Of a stretch of DNA of 64,000 bases, positions 53,430 through 62,527 are shown piece after piece. Every line of letters begins with the position of its first letter. Within the stretch, counting starts at the first letter, position 1. The notes beneath the pieces were generated by a model that saw only the letters and a program-made list of their open reading frames with translations, made no database searches and was not told the DNA's origin. The DNA lies in the NCBI GenBank assembly GCA_050253415.1, contig JBFWJC010000002.1, forward strand, positions 704,725 to 768,724, written 5' to 3'. The DNA comes from Pedobacter sp. (GTDB lineage: Bacteria > Desulfobacterota > Desulfuromonadia > Desulfuromonadales > Syntrophotaleaceae). A program made the position numbers and the translations under genes.

Positions 53430-54260
53430 ATGAAGGTTGTTTCTTTTAATGTGAATGGCATTCGAGCCCGCCTGCATCAGTTACAGGCTGTTATCGAGAA
53501 CCATGCACCGGCAATTATCGGTTTGCAGGAGACCAAGGCCACGGATGCGGATTTCCCTGTGGCAGCAATTCAGGAAATGGGCTACCACGTGGAATACCAT
53601 GGCCAGAAAAGCCATTACGGGGTGGCTCTTTTGTCGCGGCAACCCCCGAAACAGGTAATCAAGGGGTTGCCAGGAGACGAAAAAGATGCCCAACGGCGTC
53701 TGATCGGCGCTGCCTATGAAACTGTGAATGATGGGCTTTTCTGGGTGTTTAATGGCTATTTTCCCCAGGGTGAATCGCGGCAGCATGCCGTCAAGTTTCC
53801 GGGCAAGGAGCGGTTTTACCGTGAACTCAGCGCATTCCTGGAGGAACGTTTCAGCGCGGAGGATGCGTTGATTGTGATGGGCGATGCCAATGTGGCACCA
53901 AGGGATGAGGATATCGGTATTGGTGAAGACAATGCCAGGCGTTGGCTGCGCACCGGCAAATGCAGTTTCCTTCCTGAAGAACGGGCATGGCTGGAGCGCT
54001 TGCTCGACTGGGGGCTGTTCGATACATTTAGGCATTGCCATACCGATGCGGCAGATCTGTACAGCTGGTTCGATTACCGTAGTCGCGGTTTTGAAAGAGA
54101 ACCCCGTCGTGGATTGCGCATCGATCTGATACTTGCCAGCTCTATCCTGGGGAGCCGATGCATTGATGCCGGTATCGATTACGAAGTGCGGGGCATGGAA
54201 AAACCCTCCGACCATTGTCCTGTCTGGACCGAGGTCGATGTATGTCTTGCGGCCAAGTAA
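53430..54260 (+). CDS. xth: Exodeoxyribonuclease III
   Basis: SFNVNGIRAR, LQETK, GD.NVA, SWFDYR, GLRID and SDH motifs. Confidence 0.96.
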   Translation: MKVVSFNVNGIRARLHQLQAVIENHAPAIIGLQETKATDADFPVAAIQEMGYHVEYHGQKSHYGVALLSRQPPKQVIKGLPGDEKDAQRRLIGAAYETVNDGLFWVFNGYFPQGESRQHAVKFPGKERFYRELSAFLEERFSAEDALIVMGDANVAPRDEDIGIGEDNARRWLRTGKCSFLPEERAWLERLLDWGLFDTFRHCHTDAADLYSWFDYRSRGFEREPRRGLRIDLILASSILGSRCIDAGIDYEVRGMEKPSDHCPVWTEVDVCLAAK

Positions 54261-54534
54261 CTGAAATGACATGAGCGCTCGAAAGTGCCATGAATGTAAG
54301 CAAAATATCTATGGATGTGTTTGTTTGATATGGATGGTAACAATGTTATGAACCTGTAAGATTTTTTGTTGTATACGGAACTATGGCGTTGACAAAGCTG
54401 TAGACGCTGTTTTATACCATCAATGTTATTCGCTGGCAGGAGGGGGTAAATAACACTGTTAATTAAAAATTGAATTTTGGGAACGGCGTGGTGTCGTTCT
54501 TTTTTTTGGGAAATATTCCAATTGGAGGTAAGTC

Positions 54535-55140
54535 GTGAAAAACAGAATTCTTGGTATTGTGCTGGCGGCCATGATGGTCGTCTCCGTAGCTTCGGTTTGT
54601 GCTGCTGAAGATTTCCAGCGCTACAGCGTTGGTATCCAGATGATGTACCTCAATCCGGACGTGGATGAAGTGCTTGGTGCTGTCAGTGCCAGTGATGAAA
54701 TGACCGGCGGTCTGACTCTGGAGTACTTCTTTACTCCTAACTTCAGCACCGAGCTGGTAGCTGCTGTTTCTAATGTTGACGTTAAAGTGGGCGGAGCTAC
54801 CGTTGGCTCCGCGTGGCTGCTGCCCCCCTCCTTGTATGTAAAATACCATCCGATGCCCCAGTGGAAAATCAGCCCCTATGTTGGCGTTGGTGTTGACTGG
54901 GTCTATGCTTGGGATGAAGAATTGGATGGACTTGGCGCTGATCTGGATATTGAAGACAGCTTCGGTTGGGCCGCCAAGGTTGGTGCCGATATCAAGGTAA
55001 CCAAAAACCTGGTTTTTAACGTTGACGTCATGTACCTCAACAACGAAACCGAAATGAACATCGACGCTCTTGGTATTAGCGGAGCCGACTTCGACCTTAA
55101 GGTCTGGAGCTACAACATTGGTATGAAATACCGCTTCTAA
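54535..55140 (+). CDS. ompW: OmpW-family outer membrane protein
   Basis: Signal peptide, YFFTPNFSTEL, LLPPSL (LPP motif), PYVGVG and terminal YRF. Confidence 0.9.
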   Translation: MKNRILGIVLAAMMVVSVASVCAAEDFQRYSVGIQMMYLNPDVDEVLGAVSASDEMTGGLTLEYFFTPNFSTELVAAVSNVDVKVGGATVGSAWLLPPSLYVKYHPMPQWKISPYVGVGVDWVYAWDEELDGLGADLDIEDSFGWAAKVGADIKVTKNLVFNVDVMYLNNETEMNIDALGISGADFDLKVWSYNIGMKYRF

Positions 55141-55164
55141 GAATTTGATCTGTATTTATCTTTT

Positions 55165-55193
55165 AAGGGCCTGCATCTGCAGGCCCTTTTTTT
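55165..55193 (+). terminator. Intrinsic terminator after ompW
   Basis: AAGGGCCTGCA-TC-TGCAGGCCCTT with T-run. Confidence 0.85.
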
Positions 55194-55365
55194 GTTTTGT
55201 GCACTTTAAACTCCATGTTGAACAGGGTTTCCCCTCCGACATGCCATGTGTACCTGATGGTATACTATGAGGCGTAGCAAGTGTTGGACTGCGCTGGCAC
55301 GCCGGTCAACAGAGCATGTCGTTCACATTCTCCTATAGGCGGGAAGGCGATGGACAAAACCTATA

Positions 55366-55465
55366 TCGCGCTCGCTCCTTTCAGTCGCTCAAGCCACGAA
55401 GCTACAGAGAAAGACTGAACTTCGTGGCTTTGTGGCTTGAATGAGCAACGCGAACGAGCGCGAGA
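55366..55465. repeat. Dispersed palindromic intergenic element, copy 2 (inverted relative to 9273-9410)
   Basis: TCGCGCTCGCTCCTTTCAGTCGCTCAAGCCACGAAG...CTTCGTGGCTTTGTGGCTTGAATGAGCAACGCGAACGAGCGCGAGA. Confidence 0.8.
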
Positions 55466-55484
55466 TGGGTTTTGGGTCTGTTAG

Positions 55485-55572
55485 TGTAGGATTTTGTGAG
55501 GCACGAACCTTACAGTGTTGGGAGGGGCGACTATGCGGATAGAGCGGTTCACTTCGTTTGCCATATCCTACA
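55485..55572. repeat. Inverted pair of GTAG-type REP-like sequences
   Basis: TGTAGGAT...GAACC and GGTTC...ATCCTACA ends. Confidence 0.55.
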
Positions 55573-55652
55573 GTCATTTCTTCTCCGTGAGGTGCATGAA
55601 TCCAGAGTTGGTCTTTTCCTTTGAGAGATTTGCAAGTGCTTAAAAAGACTGC

Positions 55653-55687
55653 AAAAAAAATGGGACCGACGATTGCCGGTCCCGTTT
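55653..55687 (-). terminator. Intrinsic terminator after the OmpA-family gene
   Basis: GGGACCG stem. The A8 run on the plus strand gives a U-tail on the minus strand. Confidence 0.7.
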
Positions 55688-55708
55688 GTATTTTTTTTAG
55701 GGGAAAAT

Positions 55709-56995
55709 TTATTTTTTTGCCAGGGCATAAACGCTCAACTCAACTCGCCGGTTGCGTTGCCGCCCCTGTGGCGTGTCGTTGTCGGCGATGGGGAATGTCT
55801 CACCGTATCCTTTGGCCTCAAGCCGCGAGGCCTTGACGCCGAAGTTGCTGATCAAATAGCTGCGTACGCTATCAGCGCGACGCTGGGACAATTCCAGATT
55901 GTAGGCATTTGATGCGGTTGAATCGGTATGGCCTGCAATAAGAATGCGTGAGGACGGATACTTGCGGATAAAGTCTGCACCGCGCTTCAGTTCGGATTTG
56001 TAACGCGGCTTGATGTCTGCTTTGTCAACGTCGAATTCGATGGCCAGGGTTAAGGAGATGGGGCAACCCTTTTTATCAACCATCAATCCTGCCGGAGTAC
56101 CAGCGCATTTGTCCATTGGATCGGCAATGCTATCGCCGTCCGTGTCCATCATGCAGCCCTTGTCGTCGACAGCCATGCCTTGCGGAGTGGCGGGGCACTT
56201 GTCGCCTCTGTCGGGGACGCCGTCACCGTCTGTATCCAGCGCGCAGCCCTGTTTGTTAACAGGTGTCGATTTGGGGGTATTCGGACATTTGTCCCGGTAG
56301 TCAGGTACGCCGTCGTGGTCGCTGTCGAGAGGACAACCGACGCGGTCGACCGGTGCTCCGGTGGGAGTTCCGGGGCATGCATCGTTGGCATCGATGACAC
56401 CGTCGCCATCGGTGTCTTTGGGCTCTATCCGCGAGATCGGCTTTTGTTGGTTGCCGAAAAGGTAGGTCAGTCCAGCGGAGTAAATGAAGTTATTGTTCGG
56501 GTCTCCAAAAGCGAAAACATGCCTCAGGTCACCGCGCAGTGCAAGGCTGTCGGTGAAGAAGTACTTCAGCCCGATGCCGTAGTTGATAAGAAAATCGGTT
56601 TCACTGCTGCCGCGGTCCGGATCGATGGTCATCCCGCCGATGCCACCGGCAAGATAAGGTACCAGGCTGTTCTCCGGCATGAAGTGATAAAGTGTGTCGA
56701 GATGGTACAGCACACCGTCGACATCTCCGCCGCCCTGACTGCGTTTGAAGTCGGTATTGAAGTAGTTGAGTACGAACTCGGTGCTCCAGCTGTCTGTCAG
56801 ATTGTAACCTAAGCCCAGGCTGTAAGTCAGATCATCTTCAAGTTCCTGGTCACCTTCAAAAACGTAACCCCCAATCATCGGGGAAAGGGAATAATCTTTT
56901 TTTGCGCGCGTTGCCGCGTTGCCGGTCAAGGCCGGCAGGCAGATCAGACATACACACAGGGCGCTTATAAATAAGCGCAAAAACACGGTTTTCAT
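55709..56995 (-). CDS. OmpA-family outer membrane protein with thrombospondin type-3-like repeats
   Basis: N-terminal beta-barrel, four D.DGDGV.D..D.CP.TP...GC repeats, and a C-terminal OmpA domain (GHTD, NLELSQRRA, NRRVE). Confidence 0.92.
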   Translation of the reverse strand: MKTVFLRLFISALCVCLICLPALTGNAATRAKKDYSLSPMIGGYVFEGDQELEDDLTYSLGLGYNLTDSWSTEFVLNYFNTDFKRSQGGGDVDGVLYHLDTLYHFMPENSLVPYLAGGIGGMTIDPDRGSSETDFLINYGIGLKYFFTDSLALRGDLRHVFAFGDPNNNFIYSAGLTYLFGNQQKPISRIEPKDTDGDGVIDANDACPGTPTGAPVDRVGCPLDSDHDGVPDYRDKCPNTPKSTPVNKQGCALDTDGDGVPDRGDKCPATPQGMAVDDKGCMMDTDGDSIADPMDKCAGTPAGLMVDKKGCPISLTLAIEFDVDKADIKPRYKSELKRGADFIRKYPSSRILIAGHTDSTASNAYNLELSQRRADSVRSYLISNFGVKASRLEAKGYGETFPIADNDTPQGRQRNRRVELSVYALAKK

Positions 56996-57098
56996 TTTAT
57001 CCCTCCCGAGGCTATCCAACGGGAATATGTATGTGAAACTAAAGGGTGCAGAAGTTCCATTATATTAACATTTCAGCGTTTTAATTCAAGGGTAAACT

Positions 57099-58340
57099 TC
57101 AAAAGTGCCAGCTCAGGAACAACCCGCCGGAGTCGCCGCGTGTACCAAATTCACTGCGTGCGACCATCCCCCTTTCCGGGGTATTACCAAGATTTATCGC
57201 CCAAAATATCATCAGGCTCACGTTGTCGGAAAGGGAAATATCCAGGGCCGGTCTCAGCAGGCAGGAGCTGTCATCCAAGTTCCAGATCACCAGCCCCGAC
57301 AAGGTCGCCAGTGGGTGTAGTTCGTAAGAGGGGGCGAGCAATAGATAGTGTTGTCCAAGCAGAAAACTCATCCCCTCTTTGATCGGAGCGGATTCCAGTG
57401 CCTGCACATAATCGGTGGGCCGGTCGGTCCCGGCCCCGTTATACAGATATTGGCTGGTAAGTATCAGCCCGTTGCTGAACCGGTACCAGCATTCCAGTGC
57501 TGCAATGGTGAAAAGATGGTGCAGATCGCCGCCGGGGTTGGAAACATGCTTGCCAGCGTAACCGGCTGCCTCAAGCTTTAGACCCAGCCCACCCACATCG
57601 CCGGCCACTCCGAAACCGACCATGGGGCGGTCTCGCAGGGTGCCTGCAATGCCCAGTATATCTGCGCCCCCGGTGTTCCCGGAAAAGCTCACAAGCCAAC
57701 TGCTGTCACTGAGACGGTCTCCCAGAACCGCATAGGCACCGATTTCAATAGACGGGACAAAATAGCCCTGCACTTTCACGGCATCGACTCCCGGTCGGAT
57801 TTCCGTATCGATGGCGTCCGGCGCAAAGGGGGCGATTACATCCAGAGGAGACATTAACAGAATCCGACCGAATCCGATAGCTTGCCTGCCCACCGCCCAT
57901 TCAAGGTGGTCGGATCGGCCGCTCAGGGACAGGCGGTCGATCTGTACCTGGGTGCTTATAGCGTCCCCTTTACCCCAGGTTTTCGTCAGGTCCAGAGCCC
58001 GATTTCCATTATTTTCGGGAATCGAAATCAGACCGGCCGGATGTGTCGCGAGTAGACCGGTTTCCAAGGCGGTTTCCAAAGCAAGGTTATATGGCAGGTC
58101 GGCCTGCATGGTCAGGCGCAGGCTGTTGAAGGAAAGTTCGCCCTCCTCGGAGCCTTTGGTGGGGGTGGGTTCCAGGCGAAGGTTGAGGGATTTGAACCGA
58201 CCTCCCCAGGTGGTGACCTGTCCAGACGCAGGGCCAGCCGTCAGCCCGGACCAACAAAGCAAAATCAAGGCCACGGCAGCGATATGGTGTCGGTGCCGGT
58301 AGGTTTTACTGGATGGGGAGCGGTGCACTCTGCTACTCAT
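57099..58340 (-). CDS. Putative outer-membrane beta-barrel protein of the ABC/LolA-like system
   Basis: Signal-peptide-like N-terminus, IDRL, GRQAIGFG and RPGVDA segments, terminal WHF. Overlaps the ATPase stop codon. Confidence 0.7.
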   Translation of the reverse strand: MSSRVHRSPSSKTYRHRHHIAAVALILLCWSGLTAGPASGQVTTWGGRFKSLNLRLEPTPTKGSEEGELSFNSLRLTMQADLPYNLALETALETGLLATHPAGLISIPENNGNRALDLTKTWGKGDAISTQVQIDRLSLSGRSDHLEWAVGRQAIGFGRILLMSPLDVIAPFAPDAIDTEIRPGVDAVKVQGYFVPSIEIGAYAVLGDRLSDSSWLVSFSGNTGGADILGIAGTLRDRPMVGFGVAGDVGGLGLKLEAAGYAGKHVSNPGGDLHHLFTIAALECWYRFSNGLILTSQYLYNGAGTDRPTDYVQALESAPIKEGMSFLLGQHYLLLAPSYELHPLATLSGLVIWNLDDSSCLLRPALDISLSDNVSLMIFWAINLGNTPERGMVARSEFGTRGDSGGLFLSWHF

Positions 58341-59026
58341 GCAGGTTGTTCCCGGTCATCTTCCAGCCGTCCGTCCCTGAGCCGGATGATCCTGCGTGCC
58401 CGGGAAATCACCAGGGGATCGTGGGAGCTGAAAATAAAGGTTGTCCGATACCGGGTGTTGAGTCTGAGCATCAGATCAAGCAGCTCTTCGGCTGTCTGGG
58501 AATCGAGATTGGCGGTTGGCTCGTCCGCAAGGACCACGGCGGGGTGCGAGGCTATAGCGCGGGCAACGGCGACCCGCTGCTGCTGACCACCTGACAGGTC
58601 CCGGGGTTTGCGGTTTTCCAGTCCGGCGATGCCCAGATCGGCAAACAATTCCCGTATGCGGGTTTGACGCTCGGGTTTGGCCACGCCTTGCAGCATGAGA
58701 GTGAATTCGGCATTTTCCGCCGCGGTCAGCACCGGGATAAGGTTGTAGGATTGAAAAATGAAACCGATATGGTGCAGTCTGAAATCCGCCAAGGCCCGGG
58801 TGGAGCGGTTTCCGACGTCGCGACCCTCGATGATGATGGTGCCGGCAGTCGGTTGATCGATGCCCCCGATCAGGTTGAGGACGGTCGTTTTGCCACTGCC
58901 GGACGGGCCCGCCAGCACCGTGAATTCGCCCTTGTTGATAGACAGCGTAAATCCGGCCAAGGCAGTGACCTGCTGGTTACCCAGGGGATAGACTTTTTCG
59001 ACCTTGGCAAGTTCGATGAGGGCCAT
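58337..59026 (-). CDS. ABC transporter ATP-binding protein (LolD/MacB type)
   Basis: GPSGSGKT, IGFIFQSYNL, LSGGQQQRVA, ADEPTANLD and SSHD motifs. Start refined to ATG 59026. Confidence 0.95.
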   Translation of the reverse strand: MALIELAKVEKVYPLGNQQVTALAGFTLSINKGEFTVLAGPSGSGKTTVLNLIGGIDQPTAGTIIIEGRDVGNRSTRALADFRLHHIGFIFQSYNLIPVLTAAENAEFTLMLQGVAKPERQTRIRELFADLGIAGLENRKPRDLSGGQQQRVAVARAIASHPAVVLADEPTANLDSQTAEELLDLMLRLNTRYRTTFIFSSHDPLVISRARRIIRLRDGRLEDDREQPA

Positions 59027-59032
59027 GAAAAA

Positions 59033-59125
59033 TTGTCCTTTGTCGCTTGTCCTTTGTCTCGTGTCACGGCCGCATTTTGTTTGCTGATTCAATACAAATG
59101 ACCAACGACGAAGGACAAAGGACGA
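59033..59125. repeat. Inverted heptamer-repeat hairpin
   Basis: TTGTCCT TTGTCGC TTGTCCT TTGTC ... ACAAATG ACCAACG ACGAAGG ACAAAGG ACGA. Confidence 0.7.
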
Positions 59126-59129
59126 TTGG

Positions 59130-60359
59130 TTAAATATGCCGCATCGCTGTGGCGGGGGCCAGACGGGCCGCCTTGATGGCCGGATAAAGGCTTGCCGCTA
59201 TTGCGATCAGCATCAGGTATATGGAAATTTTGATCATCCATAAAATGTCCCACTTCGCCCGGATAACAGGATCAAAGATGACCCCGCCGAATTCCATGTT
59301 CTCCGGCATAAGCTGGCGCAGATCAATGCCGTGGACGACCAGGTACCAGCTGAGAAGGCTTCCGAGCAGCGAGCCGGCCAACACGGAGATGACACCCAGA
59401 GCAAGACCCTCGGCGAGGATCATGCGGCAAAGACGGCCGGGGGTCGCCCCCACGGCGAGGATGATACCGAATTCCCGGATGCGTTCCATGACCGACATCA
59501 GCATGGTATTGATTACACCGATAGAGACGATCACTATCATGATGACAAACATGAATTTCTGGCTGGCGTAGTCGAGTTTGATGGAATTGGCCAGATTCGG
59601 CATGGCTTGATCCCAGGCCACGGCGCGTATCGGCGATGCTTGCAGGCGTTGCAGCAATATCGGCATGACGGCTGCCTCGTCATCCGCCTGTTTGAGAATC
59701 AGGGCCAGTTCGTGGATTTCGCCGGGGAAGCCGCCCATGGCCGCGGCTTTCTCCCACCCGACCATGACCAGCGAACCGTCAACGTCGCGCAGGCCGGTCT
59801 GCACCATTCCTCGTACCCGAAACAGTTCACTGGCCAGCTCCCCCTGACGGTTTTGGACGGTAATAACCAGTTTGTTGCCGACAGCCAGTTTGAGTTCGGA
59901 TAAAAGCTTGCTGCCAAGCAAAGCATCACGGCTATCGAGGCTGTCTAACATGCTCTTGGCCGGCAGCTTGCGCAAAAACGGATTGACGGCATATTCACCG
60001 GGGGGAGAGATGCCGGTCAACAGAATGCCGCGGCTTTCGCGACTCGACTGGGCCAGACCCGGCAGGTAGACGCGCGGCAGGGCATGCGCAACTTCGGTCA
60101 TGCCGAGCAGTTGTTTTTCGAGCTTCGCAGGGTTGAAGGTCAAGGTTTCATCGCGGGACTGCTCATAATCCCCCCGGTAGAGGGCTATGTGACCCGAACC
60201 GGCGCGCACCCCACTGTCGATCATGCGTGCATAGGTGCCAATGGCGAGGTTGTGAAATCCCTGCATCAGCATGAGGCTGATGCTCAACGCGGCCAGAGTG
60301 ATAAGGCTGCGGCGTCTGTTGCGCCAGAGGTTTTTCCAGGCCAGCACCAGGGTATCCAC
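59130..60359 (-). CDS. ABC transporter permease (MacB/FtsX/LolE type)
   Basis: LAWKNLWRNRRRS and NTMLMSVMERIREFG motifs. Probable GTG start at 60359. Confidence 0.92.
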   Translation of the reverse strand: MDTLVLAWKNLWRNRRRSLITLAALSISLMLMQGFHNLAIGTYARMIDSGVRAGSGHIALYRGDYEQSRDETLTFNPAKLEKQLLGMTEVAHALPRVYLPGLAQSSRESRGILLTGISPPGEYAVNPFLRKLPAKSMLDSLDSRDALLGSKLLSELKLAVGNKLVITVQNRQGELASELFRVRGMVQTGLRDVDGSLVMVGWEKAAAMGGFPGEIHELALILKQADDEAAVMPILLQRLQASPIRAVAWDQAMPNLANSIKLDYASQKFMFVIMIVIVSIGVINTMLMSVMERIREFGIILAVGATPGRLCRMILAEGLALGVISVLAGSLLGSLLSWYLVVHGIDLRQLMPENMEFGGVIFDPVIRAKWDILWMIKISIYLMLIAIAASLYPAIKAARLAPATAMRHI

Positions 60360-60360
60360 G

Positions 60361-61584
60361 TCAATCCTCCCGCAACGCATCCGCTGGCTGCAAGCGGGCG
60401 GCCCGTCTGGCGGGCAACCATCCAGCCAGCACTGCGATGATCAGCAACAGCGCTGCCGGCATCAGGTAGTTGCCGGGTTCGCTGACAGCGTGCAGTCTCG
60501 GTAAAATAGTGCTGCCGGCATAGGTGATAGGCGTCAGGTGGGCGGACAAGTCGATGCCGACACGCTGCATATACAACGTCATAAGCCCACCCAGAGCGCA
60601 ACCGACAGCCAACGCTACCAGACCCATGATCAGGGTTTCGGTCAGCACCAGCATCCGGACCTGCCAGCAGCGCATTCCCAGGGCCATCAGTACGCCGAAT
60701 TCCCGGGTGCGCTCCATGACCGACATGTAAAAAGTGTTGAGGATGCCGAGGCCGGTGGCCAGGTACAGGATCACGGCCACCACCAGGCGACTGGCGTCAA
60801 AGCTGAGAATCGCCTCCTGCAATTCCGGCATCAATGCGCTCCAGGGGGTCGCCAGCAGCCCGTCGGGCAGACCGGCACTCAACCGGTCGGCCAGCAGGTT
60901 GGCATCCCGCGGAGACTTGATGCGCAAGGCCAGTTCGTGTACCTGGCCATTCAGTACCAGTACCCTCTGCAGCCAGGGCAGGGGGACCAGCACCAGGTTG
61001 TTATCGTGCACGGCATCGCCCGTGGTAAAGATGCCGGTTACGGTCAACAGGTCGTTACCGATCGAGCCGTCCGCGGCCTGCGTGACGAACACCAGCTCGT
61101 CTCCAGGTTTCACCCCTAATTTTTGCGCCAGCCCCCGGCCGAGCAGTGCTTCGTTTTCTGCTTGCGGTAGGGGGTAGCGGCCGGCGACCAGATGGTCCGC
61201 CAGGTTGGTCACCTGTCGCTCGCTGTTCGGACGCACTCCCAGTAGTTCGGCCGGGTAGGTGCTTTGTGCATGCGACAGCAAGCCGAAACCCCGAAGCCGC
61301 GGAGATACCCCTGTGACCTCGGGGGTTCTTTCAAGTCCGACGATGAGCCCACTGTCGGGTGGGAAGGTGGCAAACAGCTCGCGGTCCTGCTGGTACCCGG
61401 GACGGGAGATGACAATGTGTCCGCGATACTGTTCGGTGGCCGCAGCAAGCATGTCGTCCAGCATGCCGCCGAAAACTCCCAGCGCCAGGATGAGCAGCGA
61501 CGATGAAACCACCATGGCGGACAGGGTCAGCAGGGTGCGGCGCTTGTTGCGCCAGATATTGCGCGAGGCCAGGGCCAGAATCAT
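60361..61584 (-). CDS. ABC transporter permease (MacB/FtsX/LolE type)
   Basis: LASRNIWRNKRRT, NTFYMSVMERTREFGVLMALG and PARRAARL.P.DALR motifs. Confidence 0.92.
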   Translation of the reverse strand: MILALASRNIWRNKRRTLLTLSAMVVSSSLLILALGVFGGMLDDMLAAATEQYRGHIVISRPGYQQDRELFATFPPDSGLIVGLERTPEVTGVSPRLRGFGLLSHAQSTYPAELLGVRPNSERQVTNLADHLVAGRYPLPQAENEALLGRGLAQKLGVKPGDELVFVTQAADGSIGNDLLTVTGIFTTGDAVHDNNLVLVPLPWLQRVLVLNGQVHELALRIKSPRDANLLADRLSAGLPDGLLATPWSALMPELQEAILSFDASRLVVAVILYLATGLGILNTFYMSVMERTREFGVLMALGMRCWQVRMLVLTETLIMGLVALAVGCALGGLMTLYMQRVGIDLSAHLTPITYAGSTILPRLHAVSEPGNYLMPAALLLIIAVLAGWLPARRAARLQPADALRED

Positions 61585-62345
61585 GGTCGGCTTCGTTTCA
61601 GGTTGCGCAGCGAAAAGAAATCCTCGTTCAGGGGAATGTCGAATGCAATCTGATGATATTGTAACAGTGTCTGTTCCTCTGGCTTGTCCATCGGTTGTAC
61701 AATCATGCGCAGGGGCAGGCGCCGGTCATCGACGGTTTTTACCTGGTCGAACAGAATTTCGCGCACTTTGACCATGGCTTCGTCGAAATATTCGACACGT
61801 TGCGGAACCCGGTCGGCTTTGCCAACCTGGTAGATAATCTTGCCCCACACGACCGCGGCATCCGGTTTTGGCAGTCCCTCGATGCGCCAGAAATCTTCGG
61901 TTTCCGTCAGCAGTGAAAAATCGTAGTCCTGGTCGATGTGAGACTGTTTGACCAGATCGTTGTTGGTGATATGGCTGCCCATCCAGGCACCCCCCATCAT
62001 GGACGGTGGGATTTTGATGGTGCGGTCGACTTTGGGCAGGTAGTTCCACACTTCCCGACCGATTTTGAGGGTCGCGACGTCCCGCTCCTTGGCCGGTTCA
62101 AGAATGCGGATCAGAAACTGGTCGCGCCCCAGCGACCATGCCTCCATTTTCAAGGAACGCTGCCAGTGTTCCGTGCGCACCTGCATGGTCATGATCGCAT
62201 GGGAAGAAATGCCGGTATATTGATCTTCCACTTCACGGATAAGGGCACGCAGGTCAAGACCGGGTGTGCCCGCCGCATATGCGGAGGCGACCAGTGAGGT
62301 TGCCAGGAGAAACAGAAGAAGTATTCTGCTGCCGGATCGCGTCAT
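61581..62345 (-). CDS. LolA-like outer membrane lipoprotein-sorting protein
   Basis: Signal peptide, P..ERD...LK, WNYLP, WMGSHIT..DL and C-terminal FFSLRNLK. Confidence 0.88.
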   Translation of the reverse strand: MTRSGSRILLLFLLATSLVASAYAAGTPGLDLRALIREVEDQYTGISSHAIMTMQVRTEHWQRSLKMEAWSLGRDQFLIRILEPAKERDVATLKIGREVWNYLPKVDRTIKIPPSMMGGAWMGSHITNNDLVKQSHIDQDYDFSLLTETEDFWRIEGLPKPDAAVVWGKIIYQVGKADRVPQRVEYFDEAMVKVREILFDQVKTVDDRRLPLRMIVQPMDKPEEQTLLQYHQIAFDIPLNEDFFSLRNLKRSRP

Positions 62346-62460
62346 CGATTAACCTTGTCGGGAGGGCTGAGGATGGATTCTTTTCAATTATAGAGTGGAT
62401 TTGTGCGAAGCAAAGGCAGGTTTTTATTTACCTGATGATAAGGGCGTGTTGTGCTGCCCC

Positions 62461-62489
62461 TTGACCGTGGGCAGGGCCTGCATTACATT
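62461..62489 (+). promoter_or_regulatory. Sigma70-like promoter
   Basis: TTGACC -17 nt- TACATT, ending 38 nt upstream of ATG 62528. Confidence 0.5.
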
Positions 62490-62527
62490 GTCCGCCATCT
62501 GTTCAAATAATAAACAAGGGAGTTTTT

